64,000 nt of DNA from an uncultured Pelagibacteraceae bacterium (GCA_902556065.1 CACDUV010000001.1:30534-94533), one strand, 5' to 3'; numbered from the stretch's first letter, positions 27,397 through 38,684 are shown. Notes: a model not told the origin generated them from the letters alone. Numbers and translations: made by a program.

Positions 27397-28143
27397 ATGA
27401 TCGGAATATTAGGTGGAATGGGTACTCAAGCTGGTCTTGATTTTTGTAATAAGCTTGCAATACTAAATAGAGGTAAAATTGACCAAGAGTATCCTTTGTT
27501 TGTTTTGTATAACAAATCAAATATTCCTGGAAGGCCAGAATCTATAGGTTCTCAAACAAAAAACTTATCTAACCTAAAGACAAATAAATCTAATAAAAAA
27601 AAATATACTAAAGTTTTAAAAAGTCTTCTTGAAGGTTGTAGGTTGTTAGAAAAAAATAAATGTAAATTTATTGTTATACCGTGTAATACAGCGCATTACT
27701 GGTTTGAAGATTTACAAAAAAAAATAAATATCCCAATTATTAATATGCCAAAGGAAGTTTTTAAATTTACAAAAAAAAATTGTAAAAAAAATTCAAAAGT
27801 TGGTTTATTGGCGACAGAAGGAACTTTAAAAACTGGAGTATATAATAAATTTTTTGATCAGAGTTATCAATTAGTTAACCCATCTGAAGATCTTCAAAAA
27901 AACTCAGTAAATAAAGCTATCAAGTTAGTAAAAATGGGTAATGTTAGAGCTGCTGAAAAAGCCATCAAGCCAGCTATTAAATATTTGATAAAAGTGAAAT
28001 GTAAGAAAATAATTTTAGGTTGTACTGAATTGCCGATTGCAATATTTGCCTTTAAATCATTCAAGAATATCAAATCTTCAAAGATATTTTTGGATCCAAA
28101 TTTAATTCTTGCTCATTCTGCAATGCAGAAACACAAAAGATAA
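27397..28143 (+). CDS. Aspartate/glutamate racemase family amino-acid racemase
   Basis: GILGGMG, PCNTAH and LGCTE two-cysteine catalytic motifs, LLAT.GT. Confidence 0.92.
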   Translation: MIGILGGMGTQAGLDFCNKLAILNRGKIDQEYPLFVLYNKSNIPGRPESIGSQTKNLSNLKTNKSNKKKYTKVLKSLLEGCRLLEKNKCKFIVIPCNTAHYWFEDLQKKINIPIINMPKEVFKFTKKNCKKNSKVGLLATEGTLKTGVYNKFFDQSYQLVNPSEDLQKNSVNKAIKLVKMGNVRAAEKAIKPAIKYLIKVKCKKIILGCTELPIAIFAFKSFKNIKSSKIFLDPNLILAHSAMQKHKR

Positions 28144-28146
28144 ACT

Positions 28147-28584
28147 GTGACATCTAAAATTGATAAACCCTACGTTTTAAGAGTTGCTGAGTTAATATAT
28201 TCAAAAATAATTGAAATAAAAAACCAAAATCCTGAAGTTAATAATATTCAAGCATTTGAGATTTTTATGACAACAAAAGATTATGATTTTATTAGCTCAG
28301 GTGAGTTTCATGAAAATTGGATATCAGAATTAAAAGAAAACAAATTTATCGATAAAATTACAGGTAAGAAAATTAACGAAGAAACATTAAGACTTTTGGA
28401 AATTCAAAAAGATTCGATGATTAAATTTTTGCTTAAAATACCAAAACTATATTATACAAAAACTCATTTCCCCCTAGAAATATCTCAAAGGGCATTTAAT
28501 CATCTCTGGAGGGTTTGTGAAAGTTATGAAATGTGGTGTAAAGAAACTAAACAAACAAAATTAATTAAATTAAATCTTATTTAA
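28147..28584 (+). CDS. Hypothetical protein
   Basis: 145-aa ORF, GTG start 3 nt after the racemase stop; no motif recognised. Confidence 0.65.
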   Translation: MTSKIDKPYVLRVAELIYSKIIEIKNQNPEVNNIQAFEIFMTTKDYDFISSGEFHENWISELKENKFIDKITGKKINEETLRLLEIQKDSMIKFLLKIPKLYYTKTHFPLEISQRAFNHLWRVCESYEMWCKETKQTKLIKLNLI

Positions 28585-28591
28585 CTTAAAA

Positions 28592-28873
28592 TTAGTTTTT
28601 TTTGATTTCCTTAATTCCCTCAATAAATTGTTTTATATCAGCTATAAAGCTATTTGTCTCATTAGTGGTTTCAATAGTTTCTTTGAAATGTATGATAGGA
28701 AATTTACCTGTCTCTTTTTTAATAGCCGTATTGGCTCCATAGTGAAATCCTGCTTGCGCAAGATTTCCTGTAGAAATAATTGTCATTCCTGGACCAAGAA
28801 GAGCAGAAGATTGAAAACAACCTGATAAAAAAATAAAACTTAAAACAATTAAATATAATTTTAATTTTCTCAT
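28592..28873 (-). CDS. Hypothetical lipoprotein
   Basis: MRKLKLYLIVLSFIFLSGC lipobox; start placed at ATG 28873. Confidence 0.65.
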   Translation of the reverse strand: MRKLKLYLIVLSFIFLSGCFQSSALLGPGMTIISTGNLAQAGFHYGANTAIKKETGKFPIIHFKETIETTNETNSFIADIKQFIEGIKEIKKN

Positions 28874-28981
28874 AGACAGATAAATCAAAAAATATACATC
28901 TAAAGTTTCAACTCAAGATAGAATTTGTTCAAATTGAGTTTTATTATAAAGACTATGAATATTATTAATTTATAAAACAAA

Positions 28982-29833
28982 ATGGTTAAAATTTTTCCAT
29001 TTATTTTTATTTTGCTTTGGTCATCAGCATTTATAACCACAAAACCAATCATTGATTACAGTGATCCTTTTGCTGCGTTAGCCTTTAGATTTGTGCTTGT
29101 AGCTTTTGGTTTTTTTATTTTTTCTATCTATTCAAGACAGAAAATAATTGTAAGTAAAAAAAAATTTTTACAATCTTTTTTTAGTGGAGTACTTTTTCAT
29201 GGATTTTATTTAGGAGGTGTTTTTTATTCTATTTCAATAGGGATGCCTACAGGACTAGCTGCTTTAATTGTAACACTTCAGCCAATACTAACTAATGCTT
29301 TAAGCGGTCCATTACTAAAAGAGAAAGTGTCTGTTAAACAATGGACAGGTGTTTTATTAGGATTTATTGGAGCATCATTGGTTCTAGGGTTTGAAATTGG
29401 ATCAAAAATTCCAACTGCTGGATTAATAGCAACTATTATTGCTTTGTTAGCAATAACAAGTTCAACTCTTTGGCAAAAAACAATAAGTAATAACCTACCC
29501 TTGTCAGTAAGCAACATGTATCAAGCGCTAGGTGGATTTTCATTTCATTTATTAATTATAATTTTTTTTGTTGATCCTTACATTGAATTTTCAAAAACAT
29601 TTATAATTGCAATGAGTCATCAAATTTTTTTAGTATCTTTTGGAGCATTCACAATACTTATGTTCTTAATTAAAAAAAACTCTGCAAGTAAAACGGTTTC
29701 AATATTTTTTTTAATTCCACCTACATCTGCATTCATGGCGTGGTTATTTTTAAACGAAAAATTATCTAATTTAGATCTTTTAGGATTTTTGATAGCAACT
29801 ATTGGTGTTTATATTGCAACTAGAGATAAATAA
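28982..29833 (+). CDS. DMT/EamA family transporter
   Basis: 10 TM segments; FILLWSS.F, G.AALIV.LQP, FL.PP...MAWL...E. Confidence 0.9.
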   Translation: MVKIFPFIFILLWSSAFITTKPIIDYSDPFAALAFRFVLVAFGFFIFSIYSRQKIIVSKKKFLQSFFSGVLFHGFYLGGVFYSISIGMPTGLAALIVTLQPILTNALSGPLLKEKVSVKQWTGVLLGFIGASLVLGFEIGSKIPTAGLIATIIALLAITSSTLWQKTISNNLPLSVSNMYQALGGFSFHLLIIIFFVDPYIEFSKTFIIAMSHQIFLVSFGAFTILMFLIKKNSASKTVSIFFLIPPTSAFMAWLFLNEKLSNLDLLGFLIATIGVYIATRDK

Positions 29834-30421
29834 TTACTTTGCGATATACCCGAATTCTAAAGATGCATCTATTATTGAGTGATAAAGGGATTCACCAAAA
29901 CTTCTTAATCCAAATATTCTAAATTTATCAGGATCATCATTAAGCATATCGATAGTAACTGACATTCCGTTGTAAGTAGAATTTAAACATTGATTTTTTT
30001 CTAGCTCACCAAAATTAAAAGGACATCCTTTTTTTAAAATTTCCTTAGCTACCTTGCCTTCAATTTCAATTATTGCTTTTGAATGCGATATGTCTGTTAC
30101 TGCAAATTCATTATCATTAAATTTTTGCTCTATTTCATTTAAAATGTCTTTTTTCTTGGAAACTAAGAGCCAATTTCTTGGACCATTCCAAAGTATTCTT
30201 GTGCTATCATTGGAACTAACTAGTAAAGGATTGTCTCTTAAATTTAAACCATCTATCTGCATGTTATCTGATGATAAGTTTGAACTTTTATACTGAACTA
30301 TCTGTACAATTAATAAATTAGTACTTTCAGATATTGAAAGTAAATTTTTATCATCTTTACCTTCGTAATCTCCAAATTGACCTTTTACATGTATATTATT
30401 TAAAGCTGAAAGTGAACTCAT
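29834..30421 (-). CDS. soxG: Heterotetrameric sarcosine oxidase / N-methylglutamate dehydrogenase, gamma subunit
   Basis: W.GP..WL, VTD.SH, L.KGCP.., RSF.ES; last gene of the B-D-A-G operon. Confidence 0.85.
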   Translation of the reverse strand: MSSLSALNNIHVKGQFGDYEGKDDKNLLSISESTNLLIVQIVQYKSSNLSSDNMQIDGLNLRDNPLLVSSNDSTRILWNGPRNWLLVSKKKDILNEIEQKFNDNEFAVTDISHSKAIIEIEGKVAKEILKKGCPFNFGELEKNQCLNSTYNGMSVTIDMLNDDPDKFRIFGLRSFGESLYHSIIDASLEFGYIAK

Positions 30422-33414
30422 GATCTAACTCTTTCTCCTTTTGGATCAACATAATGTGATGAAACTATTTCTACCGGAATAACTTTATTTTTTAATGGAG
30501 ACATTACAAATAATTTTTTTCCAATCATATTTTTTCCATCTTTTAATATTGCTAATGAAAACGGATTATCATGCTCAACACTCCAACAAGAAGCGGAGAT
30601 ATGGCCTAATTTTTTATTTGGCAAAGGAGCATTTGCATCTTTAACTAAATGTGAGCCTTCTGGAATACTAGTTTTTTTATCTAAAGGAATAACACCAACA
30701 ATTCGCTGTCTATCTTCAGCTACAAAAGCTTCTCTCTGCAATGATCTTTTTCCAATAAAGTCCTTCTTTTTACTTAGAAGCCCTTCCAAAGCATTATCAT
30801 ATGGAATTGTTCTTCCATCTAACTCAGAACCTGCAACATGCCCCATTTCAATTCTAAGTGTAGACAATGCTTCAGTTCCATATGGTTGAATTTGAAACTC
30901 TTCACCAAGTTCAATTATTTTTTCCCACATAAATCTTCCATTGTCAGACTCTACATTGACTTCGTAGGCCAATTCACCTGAGAATGAAATTCTGAAAATT
31001 CTTGCTTTAACTCCAAATAAATCACCTTCAACATATCCCATAAATGGAAGACCTTCGTTAGAAACATCTGTTTTAGGAAATAATTTCTGTAGCAAATCTC
31101 TTGATTTAGGACCGGCTATAGCAGCTCCAGCCCATTGCTCAGTTGTTGAAACTACATTTACATTAAGTTCAGGCCAAACAAGTTGCAAATAATATTCTAG
31201 ATGCGAAAGCACATTAGCCGCTTGAGCGGTAGTTGTAGTCATATGATAATGGTTTTCTGAAATTCTAGTAGTTGTACCATCATCCATCACTATTCCGTCT
31301 TCTCTTAACATCACTCCATATCTTGCTTTTCCAACAGGTAACTTCAACCAGGCGTTAGTGTATACTCTGTTTAAAAATTCTGCAGCATCTGGACCCTTAA
31401 CGTCAATCTTACCAAGTGTTGTTACGTCACAAACACCAACGTTTGTTCTTACATTTTTCGCTTCTCTTTTTGATGCTTCGAACAAAGTTTCGTTTCCTCT
31501 TTTATAATATCTTGGTCTTAACCAAACTCCTGCATCAACAAAAACAGCGTTATACTCCTCATGCCAATTGTGAATTGGAGATTTTCTTGTTGGTTTTGAA
31601 TGCCTACCTACTTCTCTACCAACAATAGCACCAATAGAAATAGGTGTATAAGGAGGTCTAAAAGTTGTGTGGCCAACAGATGGAACAACTTTATTTTCAA
31701 TCTCAGAAACTAATTGTAATCCATTTAGATTACTTGTTTTTCCTTGGTCTGTTGCCATACCTAAAGTGGTATATCTTTTTACATGTTCAATTGATCTATA
31801 ACCTTCTCTTAATGCAATCTCTACATCAGAAACAGCAACATCATTTTGAAAATCTAAAAATCTTTTATAACTTTTGCCTTTTGGTAAAGGAACACACCAA
31901 AACCTATCATGTTTAGAATATTTTTTTTCAACTACATTTGGAATAGATATTTCATTATCTTTTTCTGTAATTTTTTTCGATAATTCTTTCCCTTTTTCAA
32001 ATGATGTTTTTAAAGTTTCTTCTAGAGTAAATACACCATTAGCAGCTCCCAAAGTTGTTTCATTTTGTTTTGAAGCTCCTGGAACAAACGCATCTATCTC
32101 TTCATTAAATTTAGTTTTATTTCCTGATTGTGATGCTAAATGAATTGTAGGTGTCCAAAATCCAGAAACACATATGCAATCACAAATTATATTTTCAATT
32201 TTACCAAGTGTTTTTTTATCTTCAGAAATAGTTGCTACATCAGCTGATTTTACTTTTTTATAACCTTGTGCCGCAACTACTACATAAGAATTTTTAATAT
32301 TAATTCCTAAATTTTTAGCTTCATCGATAATTTCTGATTGTGGATTTGATCTTGAGTCTAAAACTATAGGATCAACTCCATGTTTTTTAAATTCAATTGC
32401 AGTTTCATAGCCGCTATCATTATTTGTAAATACTAAAGGTTTCTTTCCAACTAACACACCATAAACTTTTAAATATTCTTTAGCTGCAGATGAAAGCATT
32501 ACTCCGGGAGTATCATTGTTTCCAAAAACAATTGGTCTTTCAATTGAACCAGATGATATTAGAACTTCTTTTGCTCTGATATACCAAAGTCTTTTGTTTG
32601 GATGATATTTTTTAGTTTTAGGTAAATGATCACTAACTTTTTCAGACATTACTAACATGTTGTGATCATAATATCCAAAAACTTGAGATCTGTTTTTCAC
32701 AGTTACATTTGGCATCTCTTTCAATTCTGAAATAATACCATCCGCCCAATCTTTTCCAGATTGATTACCAATATTCACATCACTCGTTAATAATGAACCG
32801 CCATATCTTGGTTTATCTTCAGCTAAAATAACTTTGGCTCCATTTTTCGCTGCAGAATAAGCGCTTGCTAAACCTGCTGGTCCAGACCCGGTAATTAAAA
32901 GATCGCAGTACTCGTATTTATGCTCGTATCTTTCTTTGTCATGTTTTGTTGAGGCTACACCTAATCCAGCTGCTTTTCTGATAAATGGCTCATAAATTTT
33001 GTACCAAAAGCTTTTTGGCCACATAAAAGTTTTGTAATAAAATCCTGCAGGTAAAAATATTTTTAAAAAATTATTTATTGCTCCAATATCAAAGTTAACA
33101 CTTGGCCAACAATTAACACTGCTTGCCTCTAGTCCTTCAAATAATTCTTGTTCTGTTGCTTTAATATTTGGCTCCGTCTCGCCATTTCTATAAAGTTGAA
33201 CAACTGCATAAGGTTCATCGACTCCTGCACCAAAAAACCCTCTAGGTCTATGATATTTGAAGCTTCTTCCAACCAAGTGAACTCCATTTGCCAGTAAAGC
33301 AGAAGCTAATGTATCACCATCATAACCAAAATAAGTGACACCATTGAACTTAAAAGAAATTTTTTTATTTCTATTTATTAAGCCACCTGTTTCTATTCGA
33401 TAACTTTGAGTCAT
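30418..33414 (-). CDS. soxA: Heterotetrameric sarcosine oxidase / N-methylglutamate dehydrogenase, alpha subunit
   Basis: GDTLASALLANG, RSFKYHRPRG, AGFYYKTFMWP, KRYTTLGMATDQGK, C-terminal GcvT domain. Confidence 0.93.
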   Translation of the reverse strand: MTQSYRIETGGLINRNKKISFKFNGVTYFGYDGDTLASALLANGVHLVGRSFKYHRPRGFFGAGVDEPYAVVQLYRNGETEPNIKATEQELFEGLEASSVNCWPSVNFDIGAINNFLKIFLPAGFYYKTFMWPKSFWYKIYEPFIRKAAGLGVASTKHDKERYEHKYEYCDLLITGSGPAGLASAYSAAKNGAKVILAEDKPRYGGSLLTSDVNIGNQSGKDWADGIISELKEMPNVTVKNRSQVFGYYDHNMLVMSEKVSDHLPKTKKYHPNKRLWYIRAKEVLISSGSIERPIVFGNNDTPGVMLSSAAKEYLKVYGVLVGKKPLVFTNNDSGYETAIEFKKHGVDPIVLDSRSNPQSEIIDEAKNLGINIKNSYVVVAAQGYKKVKSADVATISEDKKTLGKIENIICDCICVSGFWTPTIHLASQSGNKTKFNEEIDAFVPGASKQNETTLGAANGVFTLEETLKTSFEKGKELSKKITEKDNEISIPNVVEKKYSKHDRFWCVPLPKGKSYKRFLDFQNDVAVSDVEIALREGYRSIEHVKRYTTLGMATDQGKTSNLNGLQLVSEIENKVVPSVGHTTFRPPYTPISIGAIVGREVGRHSKPTRKSPIHNWHEEYNAVFVDAGVWLRPRYYKRGNETLFEASKREAKNVRTNVGVCDVTTLGKIDVKGPDAAEFLNRVYTNAWLKLPVGKARYGVMLREDGIVMDDGTTTRISENHYHMTTTTAQAANVLSHLEYYLQLVWPELNVNVVSTTEQWAGAAIAGPKSRDLLQKLFPKTDVSNEGLPFMGYVEGDLFGVKARIFRISFSGELAYEVNVESDNGRFMWEKIIELGEEFQIQPYGTEALSTLRIEMGHVAGSELDGRTIPYDNALEGLLSKKKDFIGKRSLQREAFVAEDRQRIVGVIPLDKKTSIPEGSHLVKDANAPLPNKKLGHISASCWSVEHDNPFSLAILKDGKNMIGKKLFVMSPLKNKVIPVEIVSSHYVDPKGERVRS

Positions 33415-33683
33415 TAAGCAATTTCTTCGTTAGTTTTATAAGTATTAAATATTTCGTGCGTGGCAGTATCTCTTTCAACTTTAATCCACTGTCTGCAGCC
33501 AGATAAATGCTGCCAAAGTTCTAGATGTTTTCCTCTAGGACTTACCCTGTTATATACGAAATTATCCCATTCTTGATCTGTAACTTCTTTATTCAATGCT
33601 GGTCTCTTAACAGTAGCATCTCCGCCGTAAGAAAATTCATTTTGAGATCTCATTCCACAATGTGGGCATTTAATATGTAACAT
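33414..33683 (-). CDS. soxD: Heterotetrameric sarcosine oxidase / N-methylglutamate dehydrogenase, delta subunit
   Basis: CPHCG.R...EF.YGG, E.W.H..GC..W...RDT.T zinc-binding pattern. Confidence 0.92.
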   Translation of the reverse strand: MLHIKCPHCGMRSQNEFSYGGDATVKRPALNKEVTDQEWDNFVYNRVSPRGKHLELWQHLSGCRQWIKVERDTATHEIFNTYKTNEEIA

Positions 33684-34940
33684 TTATGAAATCCAAGTTT
33701 TTGTACCGAGACCTTTTTCATCAATAAGATGGCCAGTACTAAATCTGTTCAAACTGTATCCTGCATTTAATTCATGAACTCTATCTTGAGCGATTGTATG
33801 TGCAAATGTCCATCCTGATGCTGGAGTTGCTTTAAAACCTCCATAACACCATCCGCAATTTAAATACAAACCATCAATGTGAGTTTTATCAATTATTGGT
33901 GAACCATCCATTGACATGTCCATGATCCCACCCCAAGTTCTTAACATTTTTAATTTACTTAAAAATGGCATCATCGCAATTCCTTCAGTTAAAACATGTT
34001 GTAAAGTTGGAAGATTACCTCTTTGAGCGTAACTATTGTAACCATCAAGGTCTCCACCCATTACCATTTCACCTTTATCTGATTGACTAATATAAAAATG
34101 ACCTGCACCAAAAGTTACAACTTTATCTAAAACTGGTTTCACTGGTTCAGAAACACAAGCTTGTAAAAGATGAGTTTCAATTGGCAAAGTCATATTTAAT
34201 TTTTCTGCCAAAATATTTGTGCTACCTGCAACGCATAGACCAACTTTCTTTGCTTTAATATTTCCTCTAGATGTTCTGATCCCTTTTATTTTTCCTGCAG
34301 AAACTTCAAAACCTGTGACCTCGCAATTTTGAATTATATCTACTCCCATCGAGTCGGCTTGACGTGCATATCCCCAAGCAACTGCATCATGACGAGCAGT
34401 TCCAGCACTTGGCTGCATCAATCCACCAAAAATTGGAAACCTTACGTTATCTGAAAAGTCAGCCATTGGAATTATTTCTTTTACCTCTTCTCTATTTAAA
34501 AGAACTGCATCAATTCCATTTAATCTCATCGAATTTCCTCTTCTTGCATATGCATTCATTTGTGCATCTGAGTGTGCGAGATTAATAATTCCTCTTGGAG
34601 AAAACATTACGTTGTAATTTAAGTCCTGACTCATCTTTCTCCATAGATCCATTCCAAACTCACTGAAAAGACCATTTTCATCATGCATATAATTTGATCT
34701 TATAATCGTAGTGTTACGTCCAACATTTCCACCACCAATCCATCCTTTTTCAATGATAGCTACTTTTGTAATTTGATGTTCTTTAGCAAGATAATATGCG
34801 GTAGCTAGACCATGACCACCACCCCCGATGATAACAACATCATATTCCTCTTTAGGATTTGGATCTTTCCAAGCTAAATCCCAATTTTGATGACCTGTTA
34901 GTGCATTTTTAACTAAGCTAAAAATAGAATACTTTTGCAT
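33684..34940 (-). CDS. soxB: Heterotetrameric sarcosine oxidase / N-methylglutamate dehydrogenase, beta subunit
   Basis: GGGGHGLATAYYLA, GRNTTIIRSNY, ARHDAVAWGYA, GW.YGGFKATP; start probably MQKYS (34940) or 34946. Confidence 0.92.
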   Translation of the reverse strand: MQKYSIFSLVKNALTGHQNWDLAWKDPNPKEEYDVVIIGGGGHGLATAYYLAKEHQITKVAIIEKGWIGGGNVGRNTTIIRSNYMHDENGLFSEFGMDLWRKMSQDLNYNVMFSPRGIINLAHSDAQMNAYARRGNSMRLNGIDAVLLNREEVKEIIPMADFSDNVRFPIFGGLMQPSAGTARHDAVAWGYARQADSMGVDIIQNCEVTGFEVSAGKIKGIRTSRGNIKAKKVGLCVAGSTNILAEKLNMTLPIETHLLQACVSEPVKPVLDKVVTFGAGHFYISQSDKGEMVMGGDLDGYNSYAQRGNLPTLQHVLTEGIAMMPFLSKLKMLRTWGGIMDMSMDGSPIIDKTHIDGLYLNCGWCYGGFKATPASGWTFAHTIAQDRVHELNAGYSLNRFSTGHLIDEKGLGTKTWIS

Positions 34941-35070
34941 ATGCAAATTTTATATTAATGAATTTAAATAGTTCTTATTTTTTTTATATATATTTTTTAG
35001 AAGTTTCCAAAGATGTTAAAAAAGGATAAGAAGTCAGCAGTTAAATATTTTATAATTTAAAGGATTATTA

Positions 35071-36753
35071 ATGAGTGAAATAAAATCAGATATTCAAATA
35101 GCTAGAGAAGCTAAAATGCAACCAATAAAAGACATATTGTCAAAGATAGGTGTGCCTGATGAGAATTTTGCTTTTAGTCCTATGGGTAGACATATTGCTA
35201 AAATAAATTTGGAATATCTAGATACCCTTAAAAATAAAAATGGTAAATTAATTTTAGTTACTGCAATCACTCCTACCCCAGCTGGCGAGGGTAAAACAAC
35301 AACATCAGTTGGATTAAACGATGGTTTAAATAAAATAGGAAAAAAATCTATTGTTTGCTTAAGAGAACCAAGTCTAGGACCATCATTTGGAATGAAAGGT
35401 GGGGCTGCTGGCGGTGGTTATGCGCAAGTAGTACCAATGGAACAAATCAACCTTCATTTTACTGGAGACTTTCACGCTATTACATCAGCCCACAATTTAT
35501 TATCTGCGTTGATAGATAATCATATTTACTGGGGTAACAAACTTAATATTGATGTTAGAAGAGTTGTTTGGAGAAGAGTAATGGATATGAATGATAGGTC
35601 GTTAAGATCTATAATTGTTGATTTAGGTGGAGTTGCCAATGGTTACCCTAGACAAGATAGTTTTGATATAACTGTTGCTTCTGAATTAATGGCTATTTTC
35701 TGTTTAGCAACAGATTTAAAAGATTTAGAAAATAGAATTGGTAATATTACAATTGGTTATACAAGAGATAAACAAGCAATTTATGCAAAAGATTTAAATG
35801 CCCATGGGCCGATGACAGTTTTGCTTAAAGAAGCAATAAGACCAAATGTAACTCAAACGTTGGAAAATAATCCCGCAATAATTCATGGGGGACCGTTTGC
35901 AAATATTGCTCATGGATGTAATTCTGTAATTGCAACTAAGGCAGGATTAAAATTAGCTGATTATGTAGTTACAGAAGCAGGATTTGGGGCTGATTTGGGA
36001 GCTGAAAAATTTTTAGATATAAAATGTAGAAAATCAGGTCTTAAACCAGACTGTGTTGTTATTGTAGCAACAATTAGAGCACTAAAAATGCATGGAGGAG
36101 TTGCTAAAGAAGATTTAAAAAAAGAAAATTTACCTGCTTTGAAAGAAGGGATGGTAAATCTGAGAAGACATATTAACAATATTAGAAAGTTTGGATTACC
36201 TGTAACTGTAGCAATTAATCATTTTATTACTGATACAGAGAATGAAATGAAATCTTTGTTAGATTTTTGTGAAACACAAGGTGTAAAAGCTTCAAAATGC
36301 AGTCATTGGTCTAATGGTAGTGAAGGAACAATAGAACTAGCTAAAAATGTTATTGAAATTTGTGAAGATAAAAAAGATACATTTAAATTTTTATATGAAG
36401 ATGATCTTTCGTTATTCAAAAAAATTGAAAAAATTGCACAAGAAATCTATAGCGCTAGTGAGGTAGTGGCTGATACAAAAGTAAGACAACAATTGAAAGA
36501 CTTCGAGGAAAAAGGTTTTGGGAAATTACCTGTATGCATTGCAAAAACACAATACAGTTTTTCAACCGATCCTGGTTTAAAGGGAGCTCCTACTGGACAC
36601 GTACTACCAGTCAGAGAAGTAAGACTTTCGTCGGGAGCTGAATTTGTTGTTGTTGTATGTGGTGAGATTATGACAATGCCTGGACTTCCTAGAGTACCAG
36701 CAGCTGACTCGATTAAACTAAATGAAAAAGGCGAGATTGAAGGATTATTCTAA
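35071..36753 (+). CDS. fhs: Formate-tetrahydrofolate ligase
   Basis: [55 protein letters not shown]. Confidence 0.98.
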   Translation: MSEIKSDIQIAREAKMQPIKDILSKIGVPDENFAFSPMGRHIAKINLEYLDTLKNKNGKLILVTAITPTPAGEGKTTTSVGLNDGLNKIGKKSIVCLREPSLGPSFGMKGGAAGGGYAQVVPMEQINLHFTGDFHAITSAHNLLSALIDNHIYWGNKLNIDVRRVVWRRVMDMNDRSLRSIIVDLGGVANGYPRQDSFDITVASELMAIFCLATDLKDLENRIGNITIGYTRDKQAIYAKDLNAHGPMTVLLKEAIRPNVTQTLENNPAIIHGGPFANIAHGCNSVIATKAGLKLADYVVTEAGFGADLGAEKFLDIKCRKSGLKPDCVVIVATIRALKMHGGVAKEDLKKENLPALKEGMVNLRRHINNIRKFGLPVTVAINHFITDTENEMKSLLDFCETQGVKASKCSHWSNGSEGTIELAKNVIEICEDKKDTFKFLYEDDLSLFKKIEKIAQEIYSASEVVADTKVRQQLKDFEEKGFGKLPVCIAKTQYSFSTDPGLKGAPTGHVLPVREVRLSSGAEFVVVVCGEIMTMPGLPRVPAADSIKLNEKGEIEGLF

Positions 36754-37533
36754 GTTAAGATAATCTAGCCAATTCTCTAATTCTCTCATTCTGGAAAGTT
36801 TATCTAATTTTTTATTTTCTATTTCTATATTCTTTATGTGATCATCTATATGATTTTGATCTTTAAAGGCGCCACGTTCTATAAGTCTGTCTTTTCTGAA
36901 TATAATTAAATTAATCATTTTGTTATATGTAATTTCCGGATGATACTGAAGGCCCCAAACATCACAATTTCCAATTTTAAAATTTAAACCTTGAACATTA
37001 TTAATTGGGTTAGAAGCTAGCAGTGTCGAATTTTCTGGTAGGGTTACAACTTCATCAAAATTAAATGCTGGGGTGTTAAACTTTTTATTTTTATTTTTAT
37101 ATAATGGATGATTTAAGCCACTTTCATTAATTTCAATATCTCTTGCAATTCCTCGATGTGATCCCTTCTCACCTTTTTTTACTTCTCCTCCAGCAGCAGT
37201 TACAGCAACCTGCATTCCCCAACATATCGCTAAAACTTTTTTAATTTTTTTTTGACATTCTCTCATAAATTCAATTTGTCTTTTTATTTCAGGGGTATTG
37301 TTATAAATATTTAAACTACTTCCGCCCCAAATAAGACCATCATAACTTTCAATAGTATCTATATTCTCACTTATATTTTCATCAGAAGATGGATTAACTA
37401 CATCTATATTTAATTGGTCAGTAAAATAGGAAAGGCTATGTTTTAAACTTTCTGTATGAGTTTGAATACCAGCCTCTGAGAAACTTTGATTTTCCTCTTT
37501 TAAATTACCCTCTACAACCAAAATTTTCTTCAT
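36745..37533 (-). CDS. Class I glutamine amidotransferase-like hydrolase
   Basis: ICWGMQ nucleophile elbow and QYHPE Cys-His-Glu triad; no synthetase domain. Confidence 0.88.
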   Translation of the reverse strand: MKKILVVEGNLKEENQSFSEAGIQTHTESLKHSLSYFTDQLNIDVVNPSSDENISENIDTIESYDGLIWGGSSLNIYNNTPEIKRQIEFMRECQKKIKKVLAICWGMQVAVTAAGGEVKKGEKGSHRGIARDIEINESGLNHPLYKNKNKKFNTPAFNFDEVVTLPENSTLLASNPINNVQGLNFKIGNCDVWGLQYHPEITYNKMINLIIFRKDRLIERGAFKDQNHIDDHIKNIEIENKKLDKLSRMRELENWLDYLNLE

Positions 37534-38684
37534 TAAAATAATTCTCCAGAAATACTTTTTTTATACATCTCTTTTAAATTTTCTTGTGTTATTTTTTTTG
37601 GATTACTTCCTGTAGATGGATCTTCAAATGCCATTAAAGAAAGTTTTTCTAAATCAACTTCACTACAGTCCATAACATCTGAAAGTTTATGAGGAATATT
37701 TAAATCTTTACGCAAATTTAATATCCATTCTAAAAAACTTTCAAATGTATTATTTAGATTAAGATAATTACAAATAGATACAATCTTGTTTTCAATAACA
37801 GATTTGTTGAAAGTTAAAACATAGGGCATAAATATTGCGTTTGTTAAACCATGATGGACATCAAATTGAGCATTTATTGGATGACTTAGCGAGTGAATTG
37901 CTCCAAGACCTTTTTGAAATGCAGTAGAACCCATGCTAGAAGCGGCTAACATTTCAGATCTAGCTTCTATATTCTTGCCATTTTTATAAACATCAATTAA
38001 TGAATTCTTAATCAATCTCATACCCTCTAGAGCAATACCATCTGCCATTGGATGAAATCCTGGAGCACAAAAAGCTTCAAGATTGTGAGCAAGTGCATCC
38101 ATACCTGTTGCGGCCGTTATTCTCGGTGGAAGTTCTTTAGTTAAATTAGGATCTAAAATTACAATAGAAGGTAAAATTTTTGGATGAAAAATTATTTTTT
38201 TTATTCCTGTTTCCTCATTAATGATAGCTGAAGCTCTTCCTGTTTCTGAACCTGTTCCTGCGGTAGTAGGAACCGCTATAATTGGAGAAATTTTATTTCC
38301 ATCAGCTCTTGTCCAATAATCTCCTATATCTTCAAAATCCCATATAGGTCTTTTTTGACCACACATAAAGGCTATTCCCTTTCCAACATCTAATGCACTA
38401 CCTCCTCCAAAAGCAATTACACCATCACAATTTTTTTCCATATATAAAGAGACACCTTCCGTTACGTTTTTTCCAACTGGGTTTCCTGAAAAATTTGAAA
38501 ATACTTGTAGATTTTCAAACTCATTCTTTAATTTTTCAATTACTTTTGATGTCATTGGAAGGTTTAAAAGATCTTTATCAGTCACAAAAAGAGGACTTTT
38601 AATTTTTAAGTCAAAACAGGCTTCAGCAAGGTCTTCTATTTTACCTGCTCCAAACCAAATATTAGTAGGATAATTCCAATTCAT
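37533..38684 (-). CDS. Iron-containing alcohol dehydrogenase
   Basis: GGGSALD, PTTAGTGSE, GMDALAH, HSLSH, HHG. Confidence 0.95.
   Translation of the reverse strand: MNWNYPTNIWFGAGKIEDLAEACFDLKIKSPLFVTDKDLLNLPMTSKVIEKLKNEFENLQVFSNFSGNPVGKNVTEGVSLYMEKNCDGVIAFGGGSALDVGKGIAFMCGQKRPIWDFEDIGDYWTRADGNKISPIIAVPTTAGTGSETGRASAIINEETGIKKIIFHPKILPSIVILDPNLTKELPPRITAATGMDALAHNLEAFCAPGFHPMADGIALEGMRLIKNSLIDVYKNGKNIEARSEMLAASSMGSTAFQKGLGAIHSLSHPINAQFDVHHGLTNAIFMPYVLTFNKSVIENKIVSICNYLNLNNTFESFLEWILNLRKDLNIPHKLSDVMDCSEVDLEKLSLMAFEDPSTGSNPKKITQENLKEMYKKSISGELF

Noticed and set aside
28910-28940. AACTCAA...TTGAGTT inverted repeat in the divergent lipoprotein/DMT spacer
   Set aside because: 7-bp AT-rich arms with a long spacer; compatible with chance
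33684-33720. Possible frameshift at the soxB 3' end (ends GLGTKTWIS)
   Set aside because: The stop abuts the soxD start exactly and the length is normal; no evidence without an alignment
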